This document shows, in pieces, positions 37,572-47,476 of a stretch of 64,000 nucleotides of DNA (positions within the stretch are counted from its first letter, which is position 1; each line of letters opens with the position of its first letter). The DNA comes from a virus (lineage: Duplodnaviria; Heunggongvirae; Uroviricota; Caudoviricetes). Where the stretch lies: the IMG/VR virus record IMGVR_UViG_3300014205_000176, one strand, 5' to 3'. The notes under the pieces were generated by a model, which was not told where the DNA came from, searched no databases, and saw only the letters and a program-made list of their open reading frames with translations. Position numbers and translations under genes: made by a program.

Positions 37572-37946
37572 GTAGCTTGATGGTGGTTGCGCCCCGCGGC
37601 GATTGACTAGAGAGAATGGTCGGACCTAAAAATCCGGCCATTCTTCTAGGCATATTTTCTATGCCTATCTGGCAATATCATTGTGGAGCATATGGAACAG
37701 TTATTTGCTGATACTGCAAGCGCCGCCGAGAAGCTTTTCAAGGGGTTGCCTATCCGAGTTTGGGTGGTCAAGCTCGGTGAACGCTCATGGAAATGCCTCA
37801 TCATCAACACTGACAACTTGATCAAGTTGTCAGTGGGGCCTAAGAGAACAACAGCCGTAGCATCGTTGGTTACAATTAAGGCTCAATTGGAAAGTATCGT
37901 CGGCAAGATGAAGAAAGCCGATTAACCTATCAACGAAAGATACGAC

Positions 37947-38705
37947 ATGCTCGTAGGATATACTCGTGTTTCTGAGAATGCGAAGACTGGTCCGATTCCA
38001 ACCAGCATGACAGAGCAAGCGAGCTGTCCAAACGCCTGCCCTTTTAAGGCTGGGAAGCTCTGTTACCCTTACTTTTCTCCATTGGGATTCATGTGGGAAG
38101 CATTGATGAACAACGGTTACCACCCGAACTCGCCGAAGTCAGCAACTCAGACAGGTCGGCGTTCCATAACACCAATCACCTGGGATGAGTTTTGTATAAA
38201 CATTAGCAAGCTGCCTCACAACCAACTCTGGAGGCACAACACTGCAGGAGATCTTCCTGGTGAAGCTGATTCAATTGATATCAAAGCATTACAACAGCTT
38301 GTAGATGCCAATAAGAAATCTAGGGCATGTGGTTTTACATATACTCACAAGCCTGTAGGGTACTCTGGCCAGGCACTGGTAAATGCCAGGGCAATTTACG
38401 CTGCAAACAAGTCAGGGTTCAGGATCAATCTCAGCGCTGATAGTTTGCATGAGGCTGACGAGCTAGCTGTTTTGGGCATTGCCCCTGTCGTAGTGGTTGT
38501 TGATAGCCAGGCACCAAAGAAGATGCGCACTCCGCAGGGAAGATATGTAATTGTATGCCCTGCCGAGACTGGTAAGGATGGTAATGGAATTCAATGTGAC
38601 CGATGCCAGCTATGTGCCAAGGACCACAAAGCAATTGTAGCCTTTCGAAGCCACGGAACAAGAAGAAACAAGGTCAATGCACTTCTAAAAGTGTTGAACC
38701 AATAG
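37947..38705 (+). CDS. Gp88/DUF7227-like Cys-rich protein (radical-SAM-like)
   Basis: NAKTGPIP, SCPNACPF...CY, RHNTAGDL, GFTYTH, INLSAD, VCPAE...CDRCQLC. Confidence 0.75.
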   Translation: MLVGYTRVSENAKTGPIPTSMTEQASCPNACPFKAGKLCYPYFSPLGFMWEALMNNGYHPNSPKSATQTGRRSITPITWDEFCINISKLPHNQLWRHNTAGDLPGEADSIDIKALQQLVDANKKSRACGFTYTHKPVGYSGQALVNARAIYAANKSGFRINLSADSLHEADELAVLGIAPVVVVVDSQAPKKMRTPQGRYVIVCPAETGKDGNGIQCDRCQLCAKDHKAIVAFRSHGTRRNKVNALLKVLNQ

Positions 38706-38731
38706 TGTTTGGTCGTTTACAAAAGTCGTTT
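38691..38731. repeat. 41-bp perfect inverted repeat, left copy
   Basis: Exact reverse complement of 42427-42467. Confidence 0.95.
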
Positions 38732-38747
38732 ACCAAAGAGGTTTATT

Positions 38748-39065
38748 ATGGGTTTCAACTCAACAGTTATCGTTTGTTTGGATCAGCTTGATTCGATTGA
38801 AAAGGATCCTGGTGTTGGGCAAAGCTTGGCGCTAGCGGTTTACCGGAGCAGTATATCAAACCGACCAATTGATGGTCCGCATGGGATGATGGTAGTTGAA
38901 ACCCATCACGCGGATCATTTGGTGCCGGTGATAGTTGGTGGTAATTCTGGCACAGTGATTCCTGTGTACATTGGAATTAATCCGAATGAGGCTAGGGAAG
39001 AAACCAACATTAGAGTATTGAAAGAGATGGCTCGGGTGTTGGGATATCGTGTCAGATTCCAGTAA
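38748..39065 (+). CDS. hypothetical protein
   Basis: AAAGAGG RBS before ATG at 38748. Confidence 0.75.
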   Translation: MGFNSTVIVCLDQLDSIEKDPGVGQSLALAVYRSSISNRPIDGPHGMMVVETHHADHLVPVIVGGNSGTVIPVYIGINPNEAREETNIRVLKEMARVLGYRVRFQ

Positions 39066-39124
39066 GATTCCAGAAAAGAAAACAGATGCCTGAGCCGCAG
39101 AGAATGTGGCACTAAGGATACATC

Positions 39125-42100
39125 ATGATCGTCAACAAGTACGCCAAGAAATGCCAGTGTTGTGGTAGGCCAGTTGGCGTTGGTAAGGGCTGGGCCTACA
39201 ACAATGGAAATGGATGGTTCACAACCTGTGCATCATCCGCTTGTCATCGTCATCTCGGCCTTGAAGTTCCTCAGAGTGTCACGGCGAACGCCAATGTTCG
39301 CAAGCTCACTGAGGATGGCAAGGTCTACATGGCATATGATCGCGATGCGGTACCGCTGCTTCGTGCAATGCCGGGTGCGAGCTTCAATCCAGAGAACCTT
39401 CCAAAGGATCAGGTCTACTGGCAAGTGAGTATAAAGCCAGCTGACCTTCCGCGAGTGGTTGAGATTGCTGATCAACTCAAGTTGGAGGTTCATGAATCGC
39501 TTCGTGCGTTGGTTGAAGCGGGTACTGCGGAGAGTCGCGAAGCAGTTGCTCGTGCGACTGCGATTAGCGTCAATGGAAAGACTCTGTTCGGCTTCCAGAC
39601 GGATGGTGTCAAAGCCCTAGCGTTGCACGACAGGTTCTTCCTAGCCGACGATATGGGTTTGGGCAAGGCGCAGCCTGTTTCAGAACCAGTTCTCACACCA
39701 AAAGGATGGGTTCCAATCGGGACTTTGAAAGTTGGTGATTTTGTAATTGGTTCCAATGGAAGACCAACTAGAGTTGATGGGGTGTTTCCCCAGGGTGTAA
39801 AGGATATCTTCGAGATCGTCCTTTCTGATGATGCTCGTACTCGCTGTTGTGAAGATCATCTTTGGGCTGTTCAAACTCCAAATGATCGTGTTCGCAATCC
39901 AGGCAGAATTCGAGTGCTTTCATTGAAGGATTTGAATGCATTGGGTTTGAAAGATAGGAATGAAAATCATAAATTCTTCATTCCAATGGTACGGCCGGTT
40001 GAGTTTGAAGAAACAGACCTTCCGATGCACCCCTACTTATTGGGTGCGTTGATTGCAAACGGCGGATTGTGTGCAACTACAATAACTCATGCTGGTGATG
40101 ATGAACAACGAGGTGCATTCAAGGAGTATCTTCCAGTTGGAATTTACCTATCACAGAGTGACGATTACACATACCGTCTTTCGTATCTAGGCCCTGAAAA
40201 TCAAGATACCAATCCAATTACCCAAGTACTTGATAACTTGTGCCTGAAAGGACTGCAAAGCCAAGATAGATTTGTTCCAGAAGAGTACATGCTGGCCTCA
40301 GTAGAGCAAAGGCTTAGTCTCCTACAAGGCCTATTGGATAACGATGGAACAATTTCTAAAGACGGAATGTGTATTGAATACAATACAACCTCCCCTGTTC
40401 TTGCAAGTCAGGTTTGTTCTTTGGTGCGAAGCCTCGGTGGTATCGCATTGATGTCAAGCCGGATTCCGCTCTTCACACATAACGGAGAAAAGAAAGCTGG
40501 GCTGCCAGATTTTAGAATTCGTATCAAACTTCCTAGTGGAATGGTGCCGTTCAGAATTCCGCGCAAGGTAGAGCGGTTCATTCCTCCTACAAAATACCCA
40601 TCGACACACGCCATCACAGATATCTTCCCAGCTGGTCAGGAGGATTGTGTTTGTATTCGTGTCGAAGCAAAGGATCATCTATACGTTACACGAGACTATA
40701 TTCTAACGCACAACACGGTCCAGGCAATCGTAGCGCTGCCTGATAACGAAAGGGTATTGGTGATTTGCCCGGCGTCGCTGAAGTACAATTGGCGCGACGA
40801 AATTCAGATGTGGCGTCCGAGTTACCGAGTTACAATCTGCAGCGGCAAAGAAGAGACGGTTGCAAAGACATTGGCCGAAGGTAAGAAGACCAAAGCGATA
40901 CCGTTCAAGATTCCCGAGCCTGGTGAGATTGTGATTTGCAACTACGACATCCTTCCGAACTACCTCGCACCGAAGAAAGACAGCGGCAAGGTATCGAAAA
41001 AGGGCAAGCCGATTCTGGTAGCCAATCTCACACCGGAGCAAGAGCAAGCGCTGAGCGAAACGAATGTGATTGGAGATGAATTTCACCTCGTCAAGAACTA
41101 CAAGACGGCGAGAGCCCAGAAGGTTGGACAGGTAACAAGAATCAGCAAGCGTGTATGGGCTCTATCGGGCACGCCATTGATGAATAACCCTCTGGACTTG
41201 TTTGGAGTTCTATCAGCTGGCAACATAAATGTGTTTGGTAGCTGGGACAACTTCCTGAGGTTGTTCAATGGGTACAAGAATCAATGGGGCGGATACGAAT
41301 TCGGGATGCCGCTACCTGAGGTACCTGAGCGAATGCAGCGGGTCATGCTGCGGCGGCTAAAGACCGAGGTGTTGAAAGACCTACCGCCCAAGGTGTACCA
41401 GGACATCGAGGTTGATGACGGAACGCTGACCAAGACACTTAATACATTTCTTGGTAAAGTAACCGGCAAGAAAATCGACGATGATTTCGACTACGAGGCT
41501 GAGCTTGACATCGAAGAGCTTCCAGACTTCAAGGAGTTCTCGGAGATTCGTGCAATGCTGGCCAGGTCACGCATCCCAGCGATGCTTGAGATGGTTGAAA
41601 GCTACGAAGATTCAGGAACGCCGCTGGTAGTGTTCAGCGCTCACAAGGAACCAATCGAAGCACTGCAGGATCGTGCTGGTTGGAGAATCATCACTGGGGA
41701 TACTGACCCAGAAACCAGACGCAACTTCGTCAAGGAATTCCAAGACGGATTGTTGAAGGGAATTGCCCTAACAATCAAGACTGGTGGCGTAGGGTTTACG
41801 TTGACTCGGGCAACGAACGCTCTGTTTGTTGACTTGGATTGGACGCCTTCATGGAACATTCAAGCTGAGGATCGTCTTGTTCGCATCGGAGCTACTGGCA
41901 GCCACGTTTTGATCATGCGAATGCGGTCAAATCATCCGCTAGATCGACACATCCAAAAGCTACTTAAACACAAGATTGCTCTTGCGTACTTGGCACTGGA
42001 AGCCAGTATCAAATTCAAGCCACCACCGCCTCGGCTACCAGGAGTTGCGGTGATTCAAGAGACTGATGACGAGATGATGGCTCGCATTCAGGTGGCTGGC

Positions 42101-42493
42101 GATGAGGTTGAGCGAGAGATAGCACTGGATAGGTTGCAAGGAGTGCTTGCTCGTGAATCGGCGAAGGTCAATAACGTCCCGGAACCTGAGTTGACTCCAG
42201 GTCGCAAAGAGATGCTGCGGGATGCGCTGGAATACATGATCAGCGTATGCGATGGCGCTGAGACACGAGACCAAATGGGGTTCAATAAGCCGGACGCCTT
42301 TATGGCTCGATGGGTTGGAATGTGCCTACGAGAAGAAGACGAGGTTTCATTTAGGGTTTTGGAAAGGATCCTGGTGAGGTATCGCCGGCAACTCAAGGGT
42401 AGGTTTGAAGAGATTTGGAAACCAGCAAACGACTTTTGTAAACGACCAAACACTATTGGTTCAACACATGTTTGGGTAGACGGAGGTAAGTAA
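39125..42493 (+). CDS. SNF2-family (SMARCAL1/HARP-like) helicase with intein
   Basis: LADDMGLGK|T, ICPASLKYNW, DEFH, LSGTPLMN, VFSAH, GGVGFTLT, QAEDRLVRIG; N-terminal Zn finger and HARP-like region. Confidence 0.92.
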   Translation: MIVNKYAKKCQCCGRPVGVGKGWAYNNGNGWFTTCASSACHRHLGLEVPQSVTANANVRKLTEDGKVYMAYDRDAVPLLRAMPGASFNPENLPKDQVYWQVSIKPADLPRVVEIADQLKLEVHESLRALVEAGTAESREAVARATAISVNGKTLFGFQTDGVKALALHDRFFLADDMGLGKAQPVSEPVLTPKGWVPIGTLKVGDFVIGSNGRPTRVDGVFPQGVKDIFEIVLSDDARTRCCEDHLWAVQTPNDRVRNPGRIRVLSLKDLNALGLKDRNENHKFFIPMVRPVEFEETDLPMHPYLLGALIANGGLCATTITHAGDDEQRGAFKEYLPVGIYLSQSDDYTYRLSYLGPENQDTNPITQVLDNLCLKGLQSQDRFVPEEYMLASVEQRLSLLQGLLDNDGTISKDGMCIEYNTTSPVLASQVCSLVRSLGGIALMSSRIPLFTHNGEKKAGLPDFRIRIKLPSGMVPFRIPRKVERFIPPTKYPSTHAITDIFPAGQEDCVCIRVEAKDHLYVTRDYILTHNTVQAIVALPDNERVLVICPASLKYNWRDEIQMWRPSYRVTICSGKEETVAKTLAEGKKTKAIPFKIPEPGEIVICNYDILPNYLAPKKDSGKVSKKGKPILVANLTPEQEQALSETNVIGDEFHLVKNYKTARAQKVGQVTRISKRVWALSGTPLMNNPLDLFGVLSAGNINVFGSWDNFLRLFNGYKNQWGGYEFGMPLPEVPERMQRVMLRRLKTEVLKDLPPKVYQDIEVDDGTLTKTLNTFLGKVTGKKIDDDFDYEAELDIEELPDFKEFSEIRAMLARSRIPAMLEMVESYEDSGTPLVVFSAHKEPIEALQDRAGWRIITGDTDPETRRNFVKEFQDGLLKGIALTIKTGGVGFTLTRATNALFVDLDWTPSWNIQAEDRLVRIGATGSHVLIMRMRSNHPLDRHIQKLLKHKIALAYLALEASIKFKPPPPRLPGVAVIQETDDEMMARIQVAGDEVEREIALDRLQGVLARESAKVNNVPEPELTPGRKEMLRDALEYMISVCDGAETRDQMGFNKPDAFMARWVGMCLREEDEVSFRVLERILVRYRRQLKGRFEEIWKPANDFCKRPNTIGSTHVWVDGGK
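39668..40714 (+). mobile_element. class-3 intein with LAGLIDADG endonuclease (349 aa)
   Basis: Starts AQPVSEPVLTPKGW (Ala1) and ends ILTHN|T; WCT signature (HLW, VCI, THN); LLGALIANG and LLQGLLDNDG blocks. Confidence 0.9.
42427..42467. repeat. 41-bp perfect inverted repeat, right copy
   Basis: AAACGACTTTTGTAAACGACCAAACACTATTGGTTCAACAC, inside the helicase 3' end. Confidence 0.95.
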
Positions 42494-42618
42494 TGTTCAC
42501 TCCCGGGATCAACAGCTCCTACGGAGAACCACTGTTGGTGCAGTAGAGCTCGCCAAATCTCAGCAATGAAAGTATTGCTATCGATTGTGAATGCGGTTGT
42601 AAGCAGAGAGGAAACACA

Positions 42619-42837
42619 ATGTACATCAAAGACACCAAGAACCACCCCGTCGGCACCACCTACACCGTGCTCGTTCCTGCGCACGCGGCCCGTCGCCGTG
42701 ACGTCTCGCTAGATGATGCCATATCTGCGTTGCAAACTATGGAGTCCGAGGGGCTCGATGCTGTCATGCACGCGACATTTCCTGATGGTACCAGGGTACT
42801 CGGGTGCGTCGGTGACTGGATGCACTGGGTCCCGTGA
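42619..42837 (+). CDS. hypothetical protein (GC-rich, foreign-looking)
   Basis: GAGGA RBS, C/G-ending codons, its own terminator. Confidence 0.7.
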   Translation: MYIKDTKNHPVGTTYTVLVPAHAARRRDVSLDDAISALQTMESEGLDAVMHATFPDGTRVLGCVGDWMHWVP

Positions 42838-42880
42838 GAGACACCCTTCCAGTCACGCTCCTCCGACTCAGGTTGGTGAG

Positions 42881-42911
42881 AAGGGCTGCGGAAACGCAGC
42901 CCTTTTCTTTT
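42881..42911 (+). terminator. intrinsic terminator
   Basis: AAGGGCTGCG-GAAA-CGCAGCCCTT followed by TTCTTTT. Confidence 0.85.
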
Positions 42912-43168
42912 GTCTTGACAGTTTGGAAAATGCAGCCAAGGCTGTTTCGATAGAGGAATGTATGAGAGGAATGTATGAGAGAGAAGCAAGAACTTACCGT
43001 AACGCCCGTACCAGTCGAAAGCACGCTAGTAATTTGGGAGGAGAATCCAGAAAGAATTCGGTTTTCCCTCATAGGGGCCCTGTTATTTGATGGGGTTTTG
43101 ATTACTCGGGTTTGTCAAACTGGATTTTTATTGTAACAATTTACCAACGCACTCAGAAAGATTCTCAC

Positions 43169-44110
43169 ATGGCATCAAGATCAGTCGGACGAGTAGTTCT
43201 CAGTTTCGGGATGGCTCAAATTGCCGTCAAACTCTACAACGCCACGGGCTCAGAAGCCGTGAGCTTCAACATGATCAGTCCCAAACGCAATCGGGTTGGT
43301 CAACGCCTGTTCGAAAAGTTGCCAGGGTCCACAGAGGACACTGTGATTTGGGGGGAGGAGATCAAGGATCGGAGCAAATTGCTGAAGGGTTACGAATACG
43401 CCAAGGATCAGTTCGTCTACTTCACCGACGAAGAAGTGGCGAACATGCAAGCCGGCAAGAAAGACTCTCTGAATATTGCCGAATTCGTTCCTGTCAGCGA
43501 AATCGATCCGCTGCACATCGAGAAGACGTACTATACAGCGCCTGACAAGGGCATGGACAAGGGGTACCGATTCTTGTACGAACTTCTCAAAGCTCACAAT
43601 CGCGCCGCCATCGGGATTTACGTAGCACGTGGCAAGGAACATCTCGTTGCAATCCAGGCGTTCCAACACGGCCTCGTCCTGTACCAGTTGTTCTACAACA
43701 CGGAGGTTCGGGCATTCGACAATAAGTGTGCGAACATTCCGGTCTCGCCAGTTGAGTTGGCAATGGGCAAGGTGCTGATGGATACGCTGTTCAAGTCGAC
43801 CTTCGATTCTTCCAAGTACTCAGACAAGTTCATCGATAAAGTGAATAAGGCAGTGGCAGTCAAGCTAGCGGATCCGATGGCTACAATCACAGAGGTTGCG
43901 GTTCCGGTATCAACTGGTGGCATGGCTGACACGCTTCGAGCATCGCTGATTTCGATGGGTGTGCCGGAAGACCAAATCGATGCGATGATTGCCAAGGCGA
44001 TGGGCGATATACCAGCAGTACCGAGTGGACCAGCTGCAGCTGAACCTCTGGTGCTCACTGCACCTGCAGCAAAGTCTGCACGTAAGCAGCGGGCCAAGCA
44101 AGCTAGCTAG
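43169..44110 (+). CDS. ku: prokaryotic Ku end-joining protein
   Basis: SFGMAQIAVKLYNAT, LLKGYEY..DQFVYFTDEE, FVPVSEIDP...KTYY..P, LYQLFY..EVR, FDSSKYSDKF. Confidence 0.9.
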   Translation: MASRSVGRVVLSFGMAQIAVKLYNATGSEAVSFNMISPKRNRVGQRLFEKLPGSTEDTVIWGEEIKDRSKLLKGYEYAKDQFVYFTDEEVANMQAGKKDSLNIAEFVPVSEIDPLHIEKTYYTAPDKGMDKGYRFLYELLKAHNRAAIGIYVARGKEHLVAIQAFQHGLVLYQLFYNTEVRAFDNKCANIPVSPVELAMGKVLMDTLFKSTFDSSKYSDKFIDKVNKAVAVKLADPMATITEVAVPVSTGGMADTLRASLISMGVPEDQIDAMIAKAMGDIPAVPSGPAAAEPLVLTAPAAKSARKQRAKQAS

Positions 44111-44117
44111 GGTTGTG

Positions 44118-44145
44118 GTTGAGGGCTCGAAAACGAGCCCTCAAC
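44118..44145 (+). terminator. 12-bp hairpin after ku
   Basis: GTTGAGGGCTCG-AAAA-CGAGCCCTCAAC; no U-tract. Confidence 0.55.
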
Positions 44146-44233
44146 GACCTGAGTAAGTCCTGCCGATGTAAAATAACTGACCTTCAATCGCGCGTTGTCA
44201 GGATTTATTCTGGTCGTTACTGTTGAGATAACT

Positions 44234-44494
44234 ATGTCAGACCCAATATACACTTTGAAAGTGGGAGATATCCTCGTTGCAGTAGATGGAAGCAAGTATG
44301 GTGTTATAGTTTTGGACGTTACTAAATATACCAAAACCGAGGATGTTATTGTTCGTCCGTTTGACTCTCATTATGTTGAGAAAACAACGGATTTGATGGA
44401 TGTTTTTAGGCTCATCTACAGATTCCGATTGGTAGGGGACAAAATTCCAGAATGGGTACCACATGAAGCGAAGATTAACCATCGAGCTACTTGA
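44234..44494 (+). CDS. hypothetical protein
   Basis: ATG after GAGA. Confidence 0.65.
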   Translation: MSDPIYTLKVGDILVAVDGSKYGVIVLDVTKYTKTEDVIVRPFDSHYVEKTTDLMDVFRLIYRFRLVGDKIPEWVPHEAKINHRAT

Positions 44495-44682
44495 TAGAAT
44501 GATAGTAATCGCCCAAAAGGATCCTGATAAGAATGAAGCCGAATGGAACTTTTTTCATGGGGTTCTCTGGGGCGAAGAAAAAAATGATCCAGGCATCATA
44601 TTTGACTTGCTCAAGATGGCAAGGCGAATATTGGTATGGCGAAGCCAAGCTACAGCTACTTTAACAAAGCTACAAAAGGCAA

Positions 44683-45204
44683 GTGTCTGTGAAAATAAAT
44701 GATATTATCAATGGGGCCTCTGTGAAAGTAAATGATGTTATCGATGGGGAATACAAAACCTACATCAAAATAAGAACTGGTACGGTTTATCAAAGCATTG
44801 GGCCTGGTTCAAACATCATTAGCTATTTGGAAAAAGATGCTAGGATATGGGTAGGTTCGGTATCTGCTGAAGTTACCCGGGCCGCTCAGACTCTGGTGGG
44901 TATTTGGGAAACATCCACAGAGTTACGAAAGTTACGAGAGGCTCTTCCGGTAGTAGAAGATAGCGATAGTGATAACTGTCCTTCCTGTGGGCATTCATCA
45001 GTCACGCTAAGTGCCGTTAAATATACGTTTGAATATGGCCAGGATGATCGCATCGTGATGCTAACGGCAGTCGTTCCTGTATTCACGTGTGGTCGCAAAG
45101 ATTGTAAGTTGAGTTGGTTGAATGAGTGTGGCCAAGCCTTGATAGAATATGCCATTACTCAGTATTTGGAATCTCAAGAATCCGAAGTTACCAGAGTCAC
45201 CTAA
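44683..45204 (+). CDS. hypothetical protein with C-terminal Zn ribbon
   Basis: CPSCG...VPVFTC...C. Confidence 0.65.
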   Translation: MSVKINDIINGASVKVNDVIDGEYKTYIKIRTGTVYQSIGPGSNIISYLEKDARIWVGSVSAEVTRAAQTLVGIWETSTELRKLREALPVVEDSDSDNCPSCGHSSVTLSAVKYTFEYGQDDRIVMLTAVVPVFTCGRKDCKLSWLNECGQALIEYAITQYLESQESEVTRVT

Positions 45205-45345
45205 ACTGATAGTTCCAACTGGTAGAACAATAATTGTTGCAGATGAGCAAAACAAAAAGTTCAAGGTCATCAAAGGTCCAGCGATCATAGATGACTGCGG
45301 TCTGGAGATCATAGATGACTGTTTCTGCCATCCGCCGAGCGCACA

Positions 45346-45771
45346 ATGAAAATACTAATACAAGTCAATACAATTGATGGAGAACTCGAAACAGACATTC
45401 AATATGCCGTCGTTGAAGTGAATCCCGAGATGCAGCAATACCTAACTCAGCGGCTGGCGTTGTTCAACGCTTCCAAGCAATTTGCAACTGATCTATCAGA
45501 CATGCGGTTCTGGGGTTGTGCTTTCATCACATTCCACAGCAACATCGACCTCGATACGTTGCTAGGTGAAGATGAGCAGCACGTGTTCGATGAGCAAGGC
45601 TACTGGGCAGTGGTTGATGACTTCGCGAACGATGAGGAAGCATCTGAATGGGAGTTCGAACAAGTGGTGCTCGATGGTGATGGCTGGTACGTCACGGCGA
45701 ATGAAAAGGATACTGGGGTCGAGATTAAGACTCGGGAGATACCATATGACCTGTCCCAATTGTCAGCATAG
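45346..45771 (+). CDS. acidic hypothetical protein
   Basis: 141 aa. Confidence 0.7.
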   Translation: MKILIQVNTIDGELETDIQYAVVEVNPEMQQYLTQRLALFNASKQFATDLSDMRFWGCAFITFHSNIDLDTLLGEDEQHVFDEQGYWAVVDDFANDEEASEWEFEQVVLDGDGWYVTANEKDTGVEIKTREIPYDLSQLSA

Positions 45772-46435
45772 CAACATTGAAGGTGCACAGTTTTGTGCGG
45801 TTTGCGGAACAACACTTAAGGAAACTACAATGACCGAAGAGATTAAGGACAACCTGGAAGAAGTTACCAATGAGCTGGCGGAGGCATTGGCGGCTATTCA
45901 AATCGAAGGGTCCAGGCATAAAAGGGAAGCGCAGAGCTACGTTATCCTGCAGAAGTTTGGAACCGATTGCAACATCGAAGCTCGCTACGATGTGCGGTCA
46001 ATCTCTGAAGTAATTACCGATAACTACGGTAACGAGTTCGTTCCGATGGACTTACATGTGATGGTAACCTATCCATCACATGGTGGAGATGAGGTAGAGT
46101 TGGTTTATGATCGCACTCGGTTCTTAAAAAAGTGTTGCATAGAGGCCTTGAAACTTAGAAACGAATTCACACCGAAACCGGTCTTCTGCCTACTACGTTC
46201 GGCAGCGCAAAAGCGACAGCGCGAACATGAGAAGAGTGCCGAGGTGGTTCGCTTGACCATCGTCATCAACTGCAAGGGTATGCGGATTGGTGCTTCGAAA
46301 AGGTTTTGCGACAGGCACTTCTCTGACCAATTGGTACCCGGCATTTACGATATCAGCATTGACAAGAGGCGCTACACCGCAGACGTCAGCGATAGCAAGG
46401 TTGTTACGGTAGTTCGAAGGCCATTGGAGTCCTGA
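45746..46435 (+). CDS. Zn-ribbon-containing hypothetical protein
   Basis: MTCPNCQHSNIEGAQFCAVCG at the N-terminus. Confidence 0.7.
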   Translation: MTCPNCQHSNIEGAQFCAVCGTTLKETTMTEEIKDNLEEVTNELAEALAAIQIEGSRHKREAQSYVILQKFGTDCNIEARYDVRSISEVITDNYGNEFVPMDLHVMVTYPSHGGDEVELVYDRTRFLKKCCIEALKLRNEFTPKPVFCLLRSAAQKRQREHEKSAEVVRLTIVINCKGMRIGASKRFCDRHFSDQLVPGIYDISIDKRRYTADVSDSKVVTVVRRPLES

Positions 46436-46465
46436 GATGGTAGCCGGCGTTGATGAGATACCAAA

Positions 46466-46813
46466 ATGACCAAGCTGGCAAGGATCCCCACGCCAGAAGA
46501 TTTGTGGGGTGACTGCGAAGTAACTGGTTGGGACGAGCGACACACGTCCTTATGGAAACTTTGGCTACGAGGGATTGCTGCCATCATCGTATTTGCTGAG
46601 CAAAGTGTGATTGACCGGGTTGAGGAGGTAGTTAGATTAACCACGGCAAAAGCGAAGGCTGGAGATCTGACGGCTGAGGAGGCGGTATGGCTGGTGAGCC
46701 CGCTAGTCCTGATATCCTCGAAGGAATGGGACACAATAAATGCTATAGCAAGGGAGCAAGGCCAGATGGTAGGGAATTTTTTCCTATCAGATGAGTTCAC
46801 TAGCAATAATTAG
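46466..46813 (+). CDS. hypothetical protein
   Basis: 115 aa. Confidence 0.65.
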   Translation: MTKLARIPTPEDLWGDCEVTGWDERHTSLWKLWLRGIAAIIVFAEQSVIDRVEEVVRLTTAKAKAGDLTAEEAVWLVSPLVLISSKEWDTINAIAREQGQMVGNFFLSDEFTSNN

Positions 46814-46848
46814 TCATGTATTCATCAAGGTAACACTTAGAGGAATAT

Positions 46849-47463
46849 ATGACCAGAGAGACAGCATCAATTCAAAACTTCCTTATTTCAGCTGAACAAT
46901 CCATTCCTAATTTGGATGGACACAAAATCCGAGTGGCTGAACGTCGAATTCTCTGGTCGAAATTAGCACAGCAAGCGCCTGCTTCGGCAGGCGCTCAACC
47001 TCCTCGAACGTATGAGGAGTGGGAAAAACAACAGAAGTACAAGACACCAATTAGTAATCAGCAGCTGATGGATCAACAGGCATGGCAGCAAGCAAACCCA
47101 GAAGATGAATTGGGTAAGTTGCTGCGTCCACAGGGACCTCGGCCACCACAGCAGGGAGTTGCTCATGCGCCTACGCAGCAAGTAAGACGCCCAGCTCCAA
47201 AGCCAAAGCCGGTAGCACCGGCCGCTAATCCGGTAGTCACACCAGTACCGAAATTTGACCTACGGCAGACAATGGATAGTCCAACTGGAATTCTGCCACC
47301 GCAAACGTACACACCAGGTCCCGGGGATGTAAACTACGAAGACGATGAAAAGTCTTTGGGGTATACTCCAGGGCCTAACGATCCGAACTATACCGGAGCA
47401 AGCAAGAGCATTTCTGGCCTGCTCAAGATTGCGGACTACCTCAGCAAGAAGCGGACATCCTAA
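46849..47463 (+). CDS. Gln/Pro-rich hypothetical protein
   Basis: GAGGA RBS; low-complexity middle region. Confidence 0.75.
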   Translation: MTRETASIQNFLISAEQSIPNLDGHKIRVAERRILWSKLAQQAPASAGAQPPRTYEEWEKQQKYKTPISNQQLMDQQAWQQANPEDELGKLLRPQGPRPPQQGVAHAPTQQVRRPAPKPKPVAPAANPVVTPVPKFDLRQTMDSPTGILPPQTYTPGPGDVNYEDDEKSLGYTPGPNDPNYTGASKSISGLLKIADYLSKKRTS

Positions 47464-47476
47464 GAAAGAATAGAAA

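Noticed and set aside
38691-42467. 41-bp inverted repeats as transposon ends
   Set aside because: No transposase, no target duplication outside the repeats, and the left copy is integral to a gene end.
42088-42684. Long antisense ORFs overlapping real genes (this one and many others in the track)
   Set aside because: They are shadows of the coding strand with no RBS or recognisable motifs.
42932-42942. GCAGCCAAGGC matching part of 4.5S SRP RNA
   Set aside because: The paired CAGGTCAGG...GGAA half of helix 8 is absent; chance match.
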